A stretch of 64,000 nt of DNA from Lytechinus pictus (lineage: Eukaryota). The translations under genes and the position numbers were made by a program. The stretch lies in NCBI RefSeq assembly GCF_037042905.1, contig NC_087261.1:25546001-25610000 (forward strand), given 5' to 3'. Below the pieces are notes generated by a model. That model was not told the origin of the DNA, did not search any database, and saw nothing but the letters and a program-made list of their open reading frames with translations. Positions within the stretch are counted from its first letter, which is position 1, and each line of letters starts with the position of its first letter. Shown here in pieces: positions 24,601-37,917 of the stretch.

Positions 24601-27600
24601 ATTGTTCCATAATCATTGTTCGCTCTTAATCAGTCATCACCATTTATAGCGAATGATTGCAAAACTCTGATATAAAGCCCTGATATTTAGCTCTAATTCT
24701 CCTGTGCACATTTAGGGTAGCGGAAAGACACTAGCCTTTGGGATACCTCTAATATACAAGCTACTGCAGCATCAAGCAGCAAGGTCTTCTGACCCGACCT
24801 CAAAGACAAAGCCTAACCCAAGTAAAGACGGGACTGATATCACGAGAATTGAACAAAGTCCATCGAATCACGAAAGGACAAACGAACATGAAGACCAGGA
24901 TGTGGATTTGATGGTGGAGGTTGCGAGCGATGGTGATATTAATGATGATCTAAATGACAATAACTTTGATGATGACATAGATGATGATGTCGAGGAACCT
25001 GACAGCGATGACGACACCGATTCCGAGGTTGATGACGCCAAAGGACGGGTTGACATGCAGAGGCTCAAGTCGCAAATGAAGTGCGTAGATGTCATCGATA
25101 ACATCGCGGATGAGGACTGGGTAAAGGCCGGGCTACCGTTGACCAGTACACCGGCCGGAGGGCTTGACCAACAACAGAAGCTCTTTGGACTAGTCCTGAC
25201 ACCCACCAGGGAACTGGCTGTGCAGGTCAAGAATCACCTGGTTGCTGCAGCGAAGATGACAAATATCAAGGTAATGAATATAGAGTAACGTCTAAAGATG
25301 CATCTTAAGTCTGAATTAAGACACAACGCATTTTCAAATATCAAGGTAATGAATATAGAGTAACGTCTAATGATGCCACTTAAGTCTGAATTAAGACTTT
25401 TTAAACACATTTTCAGCCGTAGAAAGTAAATTTTTCATGTAAGAAAGCTCTGTCATTCTAGATGATTTTCAGACTTTTTTAACGAATTTAAGTGGCATCC
25501 CTGAATGTCTTTTTTCTTCTGCGATTTTGCAATAAGAGTACCACAGAACCATGACAAATTCTTCCAGCAGTTAAACAATATCTATGTGTTGTATGCCTCT
25601 ACTCTGGGCCACCCATGAGGTCTACCTGTTGGGTGCCCTTAGACATGATGTATGGCAAACTTCTATTATCAGCCACCTTTTTCAATAGTTGACTTTAATT
25701 TGGGGTGAGTGTACGCACATGGAATGTTGGTAGTTTAAAATAGAGGTAAGGGGTGAGGATGGTTTTTATGAGTGCGAGGTGCATCCGGGGCCCCCTCGTA
25801 GGCGGGAGATAAACCAGATTTAAAACATGGACTACTAATGGTTCGATAATATTTGCTCCGGCGACAATTGCTCTGCTATGAATGTCACACACTAATCAAA
25901 TAAACTTCAACCTTAGATTTAACGCTACACCCGACCATAAGCCTAACCCTAAACCTTACATAAAACCCTATTGAAACCCTAACCATACATCTTCAACGAA
26001 ATAAAGCCCGGGCAATTGTCGCAGGAGCAAATGTTGTGTCACCATACTACTACTGCTTCATCTTAATACTTCAGTATTGTCGATTATACACTATGAGGAG
26101 ATACAAGTACGATTTATCTCTTATTCTGGCTTAAAAGTTGATTAGTTCCTTTAATTTATTCCAGGTTGCGGTGGTGGTTGGAGGAATGTCTGCCGAGAAG
26201 CAAAAGAGAGTTCTGAAGAAAAGACCAGACATCATAGTGGGTACCCCTGGAAGGTTATGGGAGCTTTATCAACTGGTAAGACAACGTTTTGCTTTGCTCT
26301 CCCATATCTGGTTCGTGTATCATCAAGCTGTTTGTATTAAAGTTAAGAGCAACTTTAAGAGCGACTGATGATCCCTGCCTTTGGTATATGATATACGCCA
26401 AAATGTTCATTACCGATTGTTTAGCGCGTAAGAAAGGATCACCAGTCGTTCTTAAAGTAGCTCTTAACTTATGACCTGGGGCCGTCTCATTAAGCTGTTC
26501 GTAAGTTAAGAGCGACTTTAAGAACGACTGGTGAACCTTATGACCTGGGGGCCGTTTCATAAAGCTGTTTGTAAGTTAAGAGCGACTTTAAGAACGACTG
26601 ATGAACCTTTCTTACGCACGTACCATCGCCAATGAATATACCATTTACCACAAGAAAGGATCACCGGTCTTATGAAACGCCCACCAGCTATATGAAACAC
26701 CCCCCTCCCTGCTCCCTATCTGGTACCCCCTTAAAGACATATAGGCGTTAGTTTTCATGGGGAATGAGTTATCATTTGCTGACCACACACTTTGAGAAAA
26801 GCATTGGAAGAATCTGCAATAGAGACCGCTTTAGAGGAGATCAAACTTTGTGTATCAGTGAGAAATGTTTTGGCTAAGCATGCCGAGCATCGGGCAACTC
26901 AGGGGTCAGGTAAAGTTGAGACAATTTCTAGTGGCATTATATAATGTCTGCTGGTCATAATTCTTGTTCTAGTCTGGATGATTTATATCCAACTTAATAA
27001 TATGCAACATGTATATAGCGCTTTGTAATACAAATCTCCCTGAGCGCTACATACTATTACCCCGGCTTTAGCAGGCTATTCTGATCGGACGCTCAAGCAT
27101 TCAAGGAATTCCTTCCTACCGGGTACCCATTTACTACACGTGGTTGGAGAGTGGGAAATGTAGATAAAACGCCTAGCCAAAGGACGAGAGTGGTGCGGTA
27201 GGATTTGAACCCCGGACCTTGTGATTCAAAGTCTGGTGACTTATCCAGAGCCACAACACCTCTGTCCCATGAAACAGATGATGATGTGTCTTTAATGCCC
27301 TCCCCCTGTGATCACCACATACAACTCATTAGGCCTGGGAGTAAACATCGATTGATCGAATGGTTCGAATGGCTTGCCGCCGATCGCTAATCGATTAGCA
27401 AAATTTACACTAATCGAATAATCGGCAGATCCCGATTAGACAATTGGGATAACACGATTACTCAAGTAATAGTAACAAAATGACAAGATAACAATTGTTA
27501 AGTACTTGATATGGCTTTAGAAAATTATGTTACCGATATCATTCGTCAAAAATAAACAATGATTGTATCACATTCACAGATAAACACCAACCTGAAAGAG

Positions 27601-30600
27601 GTCTAAATATCTTAATCCCACCCGGCCTTCCATGCCCTCGATACACAATGTATATTGTATGCATAGGTGTATAATAACTCTATGGTTCCTTGTCTGTGTG
27701 CCTAAAACAAAGTACACACACACACACAAGGAGCTATGACTTGAGCCGATGTGTGATTGGACCATTCAATGGCCAATGAAACTTCTGGGAGACAAAGAAT
27801 AAGCCATGTGGTTCCCATTAAAGGTCATGACTCCAGAAAAAATTGACCCCATCCCAATCTCTGTGTATGGGTGTGAGCATGGTGTGAGTGAGAGAGAGAA
27901 AGAAACATAGCGGTGGGAATTCTTTCATGTTTCAAAACAATGCAATCTCTTTTAGCCTGGCCTCTCCCCCTCTCACTCAATCAAAATAACATTCCAATAC
28001 GCACTATCACGTAATTCCAAATGTCACTAGTCTCCCAAAACAGACCCCGTTATAGGTTCAAATTATCAGAAATTGTAATTCTGAGAGGTAATTCAAATGA
28101 AAAATATTTCGCAAAATATTTTTAACATCGTGGCACTACCACAGGTGAGGGTTGGGGCATGGTGTGGGCAATGGATGAAAATTTTCAATAAGTAAAAAGC
28201 ACCACATGGGGGTACGTCTGTCTCAAAGAATACTTCATGAATGAGTTGTTTACAGAGACGTAAATTGTACCCAAGACTGTAGGCGGATTCATTCATATGC
28301 AGGGGTGTTGCACTTGGAGGGATGCATAATACAAGAATGATTTGGGATAGATTTTTCAGTGGAACAATGAAGTGAACGTTTTAATCCTATTTCATAGAGT
28401 TTCTTTGAAATAGAAATCAAGAAGGGGGGATAAAAGGCCTAATTCAATTCATAAGGAACAGATAGTACTCTACCCTACATGTTCAATAATTGAAAAACCC
28501 TATTCGGGAAGTCTTCACAAGTAGGTCAACTACTGGATTAGAAGACGTGATTTCCGACGATCAATCGATTATTCGATTGTTTTTTCAGGAACTAATCGAA
28601 TGGTAAAATTAACATTCGTCCCAGGCCTACAACTCATCACTCAATTCTTTCTTGTTTCACTATCCACGCAGGGCGAGCCTCATCTTGCCAGTCTGCCTGA
28701 TATACAATGCCTGGTCATCGACGAGGCTGACCGCATGGTTGAGAAGGGTCACTACGCAGAGCTTTCAGAGATACTTGACGTTCTAAACAGGTTAGAAAAC
28801 AATTGTGGGGGAAAAATGAACATTCTTAAATTCCCATAGGCTTTGCACATGGACGACCTGTTCACAGTCTAGTCTGCAGGCACAGACCCTATTCGTAATT
28901 TCTATGATGATGATGATGATTATGAATAGCATTTGTATAAGTGCCATTTATCTGTACAGAAACATTCAAAGGCACTGGCTCCCTAATACTGTATGTCACA
29001 CATTCACAAAGTTGCTGTAAAAAATGGGTCTTTAGTTCAGATTTCAAAGTCTCAATGTTGTTACAATTACGAAGTTGGATTAGTAGAGAATTCCATCTAT
29101 CAACAAGTAGGTCTTCATACAAGGCTAGCAATAATAAAACTTGCTGTGGCAATTTGCTGACCGAGAGGGAACTTTTTTAGACAATTCAATGGCAGGAACC
29201 AAGAGTATGAACATTTCGTTTAGATCAATTGTATCTATTATTTTGACTGATTTTTCTTACCCCTTGCATTAATGATAAAGAAAACTAATTTAGTTGTTCC
29301 CAGACAGGTATGAGTGAATTGAGCACCAAATGTGCTGACGAATTGAACCTCTGCTGTTAGAGATCTATGTGACAATTGGTTATCCATAGTCAAAACCTCA
29401 ACTTAAAGACCATAATTTAGATTATGATTTCAGAATATTATAATCAAAAGTGTTTACTCTACAAAAATAAAGACTAAGCTCTGTATTATTTGATGATTTT
29501 CATTTATTTATTTGTTTAATTTTTTATATTTTTCTTGTTTTTGTCTGATTAAATATCCAGTTCAGAGCAGAAGTCATCGCGACAGACCTTTGTGTTCTCA
29601 GCAACGCTGAGTCTAATCCATCTGGGTCCACTCAGGAAATCACTCAAGAAGGCTTACAAACAAGACAAGAAGGATAAACTAGGTGAGTCAATGATCAAAA
29701 TGATATTAAGGTATGGTATTAAAAAGATATGTACAAATGCACATTTGATTCTTTCGCTATTCACTAAATCAATCGATGAAGTGAATAGATTTGGTAATGA
29801 AATCATTCATTCATTTCTTTGTTTGTCAATGCACATGTACTTAGATTCTATAATGGCAAAAGTTGAAAGATCCGAAGGTGGTAGAGCTGACAAAAAAAGA
29901 GAAGGCATGTCTCTGCCCCACTCATTTAACCAATGCATAAATTCATTAATTTATTAATTTATTAATTGATTGAGTACTTCATTCTTCATTAACTCAATTT
30001 AATCATTCATTTATTCCCTTGATTAATTCATTTATTATTTAGCCTTTCATCTATCCATCATTCATTCATCCATCCTTTCATTAATTTATTTGTTCACTCA
30101 TTTGTATGTTCTTTCGTTCATTCATTCCTTCATTCAATCATTTATTCAGTCATTCATGCATGCATTCATTCATTACTTCATTGATTAATCAATTCATTCT
30201 ATCATTTTCAGTTATTAATTAAATATTTCATTCATTTATTCATTTGTTAAAATGATTCTTTCATTCTTTTCATTTAATTGATTGATTGATTGATTCGTTC
30301 GCTCGTTAGTTCGTTCATTCATTCATTCATCCATTCATTCATCCATTCATTCATCCACTCATTCATTCATCATTCATTTACTGGAACTCAACTCCGGTTA
30401 CCAATTCATTCATTTGTTTCTTTCTGTTTTAGACTCTGTAATGGCCAAAGTTGGAATCCGAGAAGATGCTGAGGTGGTGGATCTCACCAAACGAGAGGGC
30501 ACCGCTTCCACTCTACTGGAGAGCAAGATTGTTTGTGCTGTTGAAGAAAAGGTGATTGCTATTCCTGGTGTATCTTTCTTTATACATGTACCTCTTTCCC

Positions 30601-33600
30601 ACTGTTGTGTGATCCTTTAAACCCCTTTCACAATTGGTGGTGCGACTGGTTACAACTGTTGCGATCCTGTGCAACATATATTGTGACCAAATGATCACAA
30701 ACGATCGCAAGAGCAATTGTGAAAGCCCCTTTACAAAAGCTGCAATTGGCTTTTCGTACCTGATAACGAAAATTAGTGAACCATTTAAAAAAAAATTCTA
30801 TATTCAATACGATTGCCACAACTGATCTGGTACGATCATATAAGATTATTACTCCACGATCAATCGTGTCGCGAATCGTGACAGTGAGAACATAGACTGT
30901 ACCAGCAGACTGGTATCTATCCCTTCTCTGCTAGAATACACTATACTACTTCTCATATCCCATTCTGATCCATGCAATATAATATAATATTGTATTCTTT
31001 GCAGGATATCTACCTCTTCTACTTCCTGAGGCAGTATCCAGGCCGTACACTAGTCTTTACTAACAGCATAGACTGCATCAGAAGACTGGTGTCTATCCTT
31101 TCTCTGCTAGAATGCACACCGCTTCCACTACACTCCTCTATGATTCAAAAGCAGCGCCTTAAAAATCTAGAAAGGTAAGATTTTACACACTTCAAGCTTT
31201 GTAAGATTCTTCCTAGGGAATTTCAATAGGAGGATGACAAAAGAATCTAAAATAGATAAAAATAGAAAAATCCATATTTCATTGTTCTAAATGAAATCAG
31301 AAAATAGAAATACTCCAAAAATTCCTTTTGCCAGGCAGCCACTGCGCAGCGCCAGATCAACGTAGCTCTATCCCTTGCATTGTTGAACGCCAAACAGGGT
31401 AGCAGCAACTCCCATCTTTTTACGTCATTTGGTATGACGCTGCCCCGACCTCCCAAATGTGAGACGGACGCTCTAAGCCAACACACCAGTTACATTTGTA
31501 AATACCTTGTTCTCCTAAAATAAAAAAAATATGGTTAAAATATTGGATTGATGACTAATGTCAATTATCTAACTTTTTTCATTGAATACACATGATAGGC
31601 AGTACATTACCATTTTAAAATCTCTGAAATTCAAATAAAGGTGTAATTAGAAGGTGATATTGCAATGAAAATAACTGATCTCAGTTACATTTTACATCTT
31701 TATTGTCATTAGTTATAAATAAATAATATAGGATTTGTATAGCGCATGTATCCACCTTGCTACATGTAGGTGCTCAAGGTGCTCCTATATTACCCTGGCT
31801 AAGCTAGTCTACCAATTCCGGTGCGCACAGCTTTTTGAGGAATTACTTCTTGCCGGTACCCATTTCAAACCCACGTCCTTCAGATTGAAAGACGAGAGTC
31901 TTAACCACTAGACCACGACGCACCCACATTTGTTATTTGTGTATTTAAAGTCGAAGTCTGAAAATTTTTCAAGAAATTTGGTGTTCGATATGATTGTATG
32001 CATGAAAAGTGTTTGGTAATCGGATATACCTCCATATATTCCCCCCCATACTTGTTTCCCAGATTCACAAAGAATCCCAAAGGGCTACTCCTGGCTACCG
32101 ACGTCGCTGCCAGAGGCTTGGATATCCCAGATATAGAGCATGTTATACATTACCAAGTCCCTCGAACATCAGAGGTAAGACTGATTCTATAAAAAAATAA
32201 TAATAATTCATCTTTTAGCAGCATTGCCAGATCTACAATGATTATTGTATTTTTTGATAATTTTCCCTTTAAGTAAAAAAAACAATGGGAGTGACAATGC
32301 TCTTCGTTTTGGGGTATCAATATAAATTTTCACAGGTCATAATGAGAAAAATGATAATAATGATGATGATGATGATAATAATACTGATAATAATATGATA
32401 ATCATAATAATAAATAATGAATAATTCTTAAAGTCACATTTTCAAGTTTCGCTTAATTTCACAAAACAGTTATATGTATATCCTGATCGGTATGCAAATT
32501 GGCAGACTGATGGTGTCACCCACTCACTATTTCTTTTGTATTTTATTATATAAAAAAAATTCTAATTTTCTCCTCATTGTCATGTGAAACAAAATTTTAT
32601 TTCTCCCTGAACATGTGGAATTACCATTGTTTTAACAGTTTATGGTTAAATCAAGTTGGTCCGTTGGTCAAATCTGTAAAAATTGAAATATCGTATGATT
32701 CAAACAATAAAAAAAAGAAATAGTGAGTGAAGGATATCATCGACTCTCTCATTTGCATATCGCTGAGTTGGGCATTTAACTGATTTGTGAAAAAAAACCG
32801 AAATTTAAAATGTCATGACTTTCTTATTTTACATCCGATTTCAATGAAATTTGCAGCATTATGTTTGTTTGATTTTTCTCTATCGATTCCAATCAACAAT
32901 TTTCTGGGGTGGACTTGACCTTTAACTTACGAACAGATTTATGAAACGTCCCCGGGAGTACTTTACATTCAATATCTTTTTGTTCTTACTCACTGCTTAC
33001 CCATGTTCTCTAATGCAGCTGTGTCCTTTCTCTACTATCATTTTTCTACTATCATTTTTTTCCTGTTTATTTTTGTAGTCTTATGTTCACCGTAGTGGAC
33101 GTACAGCGAGGCAGGCCAAGTCTGGTTTAAGTGTGACCCTGTTATCCCCCAACGAGATGAACTTCTACAGGAGATTATGCAAGACACTCAACAGAGGTAT
33201 GTATATATTCAAACCTGTGTTAGCGACTACAGGTCTCTCTATAGCAGCCGCCTGCCTATAGTGACCTCTAAAACCCATTGCCATGGAGACAGATTGGCCC
33301 GTATTCTGAAGTCTGGTTTAATTTAAACTCTGGTTTTAAGTTGTGGTCTAACTATGGAAAGCCAGTTGTTACATAAATCTCTAACAGTAGAGGTTCAATG
33401 TATCAGCTCATTTGACTCCCAAAACATTATAAACTGGCTGGGTAGGATAAGTATGACAGTTGTCTTCACCATTAATGAATTATAAAGAGCACAGTAAACA
33501 TGAGAAGTATTTACTATAAACAAAATTTTGAAACATTTGGCTTCCCATAATTTTAGCACAGAGTAGGACCATGGTCTAAGTTAAACCCGACTTCAGAATA

Positions 33601-36478
33601 CGGGCCATTGTGTGTATAAGAACCTGTCTATAGCAGGCGCCTGTATATAGCAAGCTTTCAGGTTGCCTAGAACAACTCTTGTTTGAAAGATACATATATG
33701 TGCAGAATTTGAGTACATTACTGAAGTGATAGTTACATATTGATTCATGGAATTTGCCTCTTCAAGAGGGAAATCGTACATGCTATTTTAATCTTTCAGA
33801 TGTGCGTAAACAAAGGTTTCGTTGGATTTCATTTTACAGAGGAGATTCCCAGCTTTCCGGTGGAGCATAGTTACTACCAAGCTGTGAAGGAGAGGGTAGA
33901 TCTTGCTAGGGATATTGACAAACTTGAGCATGTCCATTCCAAGAAGAAACACCAGAACGATTGGTTTGTCAGGGCCGCCAAGGAGCTGGATGTGGACGTA
34001 GATGAGCACTTGAAGTATCCTTGACTGGTGGTGGTGGTGCCTATTTGGTCATGATGGTGGTGGTGGTGGTGATGATGATGATGATGATGGTCATCATGAT
34101 GATGATTATGATGATGATGGTCATCATGATGAAACATCAGAACGATTGGTTTGTCAGGGCCGCCAAGGAGCTGGATGTGGACGTAGATGAGCACTTGAAA
34201 TATCCTTGACTGGTGGTGCCTATTTGTTCATGTTGGTGATGGTGGTGGTGGTGATGATGATTATGATGGTGGTGATGGTGCTTATGATGGTGGTGGTGGT
34301 GGTGATGATGGTGATGATGATGATGATGACAATGATGGTGATGATGATGGTGGTGGTGGTGGATATGGTGGTGGTGTTGGTTATGATGATGATGGTGATG
34401 ATGATGGTGATGATGATGATTATGATGATGGTGGTGGTGATGATGATGATTATGATGATAATGATGATAATGATGATGATTATGATGATGATGGTGATGA
34501 TGATTATGATGATGATAATGATTATGATGATGGTCATGGTCATGATGACGATGGTGGTGGTGGTGGTTGTCATGCAAATGGTGATGATGGTGATAATGAT
34601 TATAAATTTATTTCCGACTAACGATTGAAGTAGTTATGGAGGAGATGGTGATGAAGAAGATAATGATGTGGTGTTGATGATGATGGTGATGAAGATCATT
34701 ATATCAAAGTTGTTGGAATTTCTTGATATCTTTCCTTAATTACTTCACCCTCCAGTCTTCACGACATGGGGGATTCTTCAGAGCAAAAACAATTCAACAA
34801 AAAAATAAGGATGATGAGAGGTGAGATAGTTGTAATTCTCTGGCAAACTGTACACCCTGTCTCTTTCCCAAGCTTCTTCAGTCTTTCAAGCTGTTCACCC
34901 ATTGCATACTAAAAACTAGACGCCCCTGTACAAAGCCTATGAGAATTACAGAATTCAGTAGTCTGGCGGTTAAGATGTATTTCCTTTTTAACTTCCTGAA
35001 TTCCTCTTTGTGATTTGGCTGTGATATATTTCTGTATCATCTCTTGCCCATTCCTTGTTGCCTATTTCTCCCCATTTTCTTCAACACCCTTTTGTATATT
35101 TTTTTAAATTGATATAACAAATAATGCACAGTTGTGAATGTGTTTGTGGCAATGCACTGCACACAAAGTTACAACGGTGCAAGAAGTTTTAGGCTTTCCA
35201 GGTGCTTTTCAACCACAATACCAGAGATGACTGTTTAGCAACTCATGTCACATTCTTGGATTAAACCTGTGCATTATTTGTTTTATTAGACAATATGAAT
35301 ATATGGCAGGGATTTTAAGAAGCTCACAGTCAATTAAGCAGTTCTCATTTTGAATTTACAGGTCATCTGAAAGCATTGTTGAAGAGGAGAATCTTTGCGG
35401 CTGGTTACTCGCAACGCTACCTGACTTCTCAAGGGAAACTGACCACTCCTTTCTCTCAAGGTAATAATGCCATAGTAATAAAATTTGTGAAAGCAGCTCC
35501 TTATTTAACCACTGCCTTCATTGCGTAAAATGACACCAGGGTTGTGCTTCACAAAATTTAAGTGTGACTTAAGAGTCACACTTAACTATTTCCGAAACAT
35601 CCCCAGGGGCCCATTGCAGTAAGAATTGCAATCAAATGCAATTACAAAATCTTCCTATTGATATTTTTAATTGTGTTTAAATGCGCAACTGTTTCAGTAA
35701 AAAAAAAAGATTATTTCCTTCTAATTTACCTTGTGGACACTAAAATATGTTTTGGGACTTAATTTATTCAAATTAGATATTTCTTGGCATATCTCTGTTT
35801 TCAGTGTTTTCAGGTTTTAAGTGTCAAAATATATTGTTTTGAGGTATCATCAGAGATTCTGTATTAGCGTGTTAAACCGGGGGGCTTGTCTGGAGTTGAA
35901 CCCGGGACCTCGTGCAACCCAAGTGACAATCATACTACATGTACTAAGTCTACTACGATACTCATTTTGCAACAACTCCCAGCAATTCCGTGAGAAATCA
36001 ATATTAACTTGGTTCCAGCACCATTGCTCTCACAAACTTTATCTCCTACAATAAAAAAAAGAGAGATAAAAACAGTTGGCCTCGGAATCCTTATGTTAAT
36101 ACTACCTACTTCCACCACTGTTATTTGAAAACATGAAAAATCTCTCTCCAATTTGTTTGTTTTAGATTACAAATGTTACCAAACTATATATTGTCTCTGC
36201 ATTTGTACAACATAATTAAAATTATGCCATAATTACAATGAATGACACAAAATCATATTGCATAGTGGAATCCCGAAAAGTATTTTGCCTGCACTAAAAA
36301 CATTGGCCAAATCTTACTGTCTCCCTAATTTTGTTATTTCACAGCCACTGTTGGATCTCACGAAGCATTTTCCAAGCTGAAAGCTCGTATCAAGAAGGAC
36401 AAGGAGGATGATGGTAAAGAGAAGGAAAAGAAAAGGAAGAAGTTCAAACGGATGGGCAGATACCAGAAAAGGAAATGA
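15620..36478 (+). CDS. DDX24: ATP-dependent DEAD-box RNA helicase DDX24 (Mak5 orthologue), 15 exons, ~912 aa
   Basis: Exons 15620-15853, 23241(or 23238)-23691, 24059-24213, 24716-25270, 26165-26275, 28672-28790, 29561-29682, 30433-30551, 31005-31174, 32063-32174, 33079-33196, 33840-34014, 34756-34820, 35362-35460, 36345-36478; all phases compatible. Motifs: [17 protein letters not shown], long acidic insert before [59 protein letters not shown]. Confidence 0.93.
16030..16934. mobile_element. MITE with CAGTAGAGGCGCACGGCCAATA TIRs and 5-bp TSD (ACTTA)
   Basis: TIR at both ends; ACTTA at 16025-16029 and 16935-16939; sister copy at 51191-52113. Confidence 0.88.
16244..16687. mobile_element. Non-autonomous TAGAC...GTCTA element with 9-bp TSD (Mutator-like), nested in the MITE
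   Basis: AAGTAGACG at 16235-16243 and 16688-16696; the empty site is visible in the sister MITE at ~51847. Confidence 0.85.
17270..17466 (-). mobile_element. tRNA-derived SINE
   Basis: Minus strand reads GCGCGATAGCTCAGTAGAGC (A box) ... GGTTCGATTCCC (B box), then a non-tRNA body. Confidence 0.75.
17880..18442. repeat. Pyrimidine-rich (CTTT)n low-complexity tract
   Basis: Degenerate ttct/tcct repeats. Confidence 0.85.
20247..21770 (-). pseudogene. Decayed DDE transposase C-terminal half with Tudor-like tail (superfamily uncertain, hAT-like motif), in DDX24 intron 1
   Basis: [35 protein letters not shown], then LRKQISFR, then [32 protein letters not shown]; stops and frameshifts; interrupted by a LINE-like tail (~20425-20730). 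Confidence 0.65.
21119..21568. repeat. Tandem array, 5 x ~91 bp, inside the transposase remnant
   Basis: CTGTGGACTTGA recurs at 21121, 21212, 21302, 21393 and 21485. Confidence 0.9.
21771..21930 (-). mobile_element. LINE (L2/CR1-like) ORF2 C-terminal fragment
   Basis: [34 protein letters not shown] resembles post-RT LINE sequence. Confidence 0.7.
27330..28629. mobile_element. hAT-type non-autonomous element, 8-bp TSD CAACTCAT
   Basis: TAGGCCTGGGA...TCCCAGGCCTA; TSD at 27322-27329 and 28630-28637. Confidence 0.88.
28900..29200 (-). mobile_element. LINE 3' fragment with (CAT)n tail
   Basis: [24 protein letters not shown] followed by a short simple-repeat tail. Confidence 0.6.
29930..30412. 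repeat. Degenerate (TTCA)n microsatellite
   Basis: ttcattcattca runs. Confidence 0.85.
32430..32925. mobile_element. TTAA-flanked (Kolobok-like) non-autonomous element fragment
   Basis: Ends ggggtggacttgacctTTAA; an inverse-orientation relative starts at ~54826 (TTAAaggacaagtccacccc). Confidence 0.6.
33296..33606. mobile_element. PIF/Harbinger-like MITE, 3-bp TSD ATT
   Basis: ATT|GGCCCGTATTCTGAAGTC...GACTTCAGAATACGGGCC|ATT. Confidence 0.8.
34015..34755 (+). other. U12-type (minor spliceosome) GT-AG intron 12 of DDX24
   Basis: Donor GTATCCTTG; branch-like TTCCTTAAT at 34732-34740, 15 nt before the intron end; frame restored (AA|T). Confidence 0.8.
34040..34700. repeat. (GAT/GGT)n microsatellite
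   Basis: Trinucleotide repeats inside the U12 intron. Confidence 0.9.
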
Positions 36479-36802
36479 AGGACAATCTTTTAAAAAAGAA
36501 GATAGTTACTGAATATAGGCTATGGGAGCATAAGAAATTATTCAGATTTTTCTTCTCAGAATTTTTTTCATTTGATGTTTATATTCCTCATCATAGTGAT
36601 CACATTTCGGCCATTCTCAGAAAACATTTCATTGTCCCTACCATCTTTCGGTCTACTTTCTTGCTATCTTGCATTCTTTCAGTGGCATCATGTAAGGAGA
36701 ATACGTATTAGGAGCCATCTCACGTGAGCTTTAAATCCAGTGATGCTCTAGCTTGAGTTTGTCAGCATCCTAGCATCAGCAATCATTGGCAGTTTTTTAG
36801 TT

Positions 36803-37000
36803 TCACCACATCGTTATCACCACCATAACCATATCCACTACCTCTGTTACCGTCGCCATCGTCATCACTACCACCACCACCACCGTCAGCATCATCACCA
36901 CCAACTTCATCATCATCACCATTACCACGAACATCATTACCACCACCATCATCACCACCATCATCATCACCATTATCATCATCATCATCATCACTATCAC
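36803..37000. repeat. (CAT/CAC)n microsatellite downstream of the DDX24 stop
   Basis: Trinucleotide repeats. Confidence 0.85.
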
Positions 37001-37917
37001 ATCTTTATTTAATTTATGCTCACAAGAAAAGTATCTAGCAAAGAAATGATATGAAGGACAATAACACTTCAAAATTTTGCTTGCATAATGCAGGTACATG
37101 GCGGCATCATTTATTTTGGAAAAATTATAAAAGAACACAGGTACATGTACAGATAATTTTTTTTTCATTCCTGGGCAATATCCTTTCATTAAAGATAAGT
37201 TTGAATGTGTAATACACATAATGTAAACAGTTTTTTCTAAAAATTAGAATTGTTTTAACAAAATCATTTTCATTGCATTTGTTAAAACAAATAAGTTATA
37301 AAAACCACATCGAATGTTTGTTTCGATACATCATATTACACAAAATAAGCAAAATCTGAATATATCTGCCCTTTGATTACCATATAAACAAATTTCAGGT
37401 TAACCCAGTACTGTAAAATGGACTTCCGAGATAAAAATTAGGTGACAAGTGTATTTAATTTTTCAGAAATTATCTTGATTTGCATATCCACAATTTTAAT
37501 GATTTTCTTGATTAAAAGTAGTGTTAGTGTTGGGCTACAAAATGTTTAAATCCATCTCATGTTTTTAAAAACATGATGAATGTATGTTTTATATTTATCC
37601 AGTGAAATAAGTTATACATATGATCAATGATGCATCTGTACGCTCTATAGTTTCAAACTGTAAATAAAACTTTACAGATTATAAATCAAATAATTTCTCT
37701 TGTGAATATATCCAGCTGTGACATGCGTGTGTGTGTATTTGAGTTTTGTCAGACGTGTATCAATCAAATATGATTATTTCTGTCTGGGACCTACGTTTAA
37801 CGTCACCATCCGAAAGACTTGACCAGGGCTTGAACCTCAAACCTTTGCGTCAATCTGTAACTAGCTTGGATTAGTCATTACAGGCACTTGCAACAACGCC
37901 CATGCATTCTTGAATGG

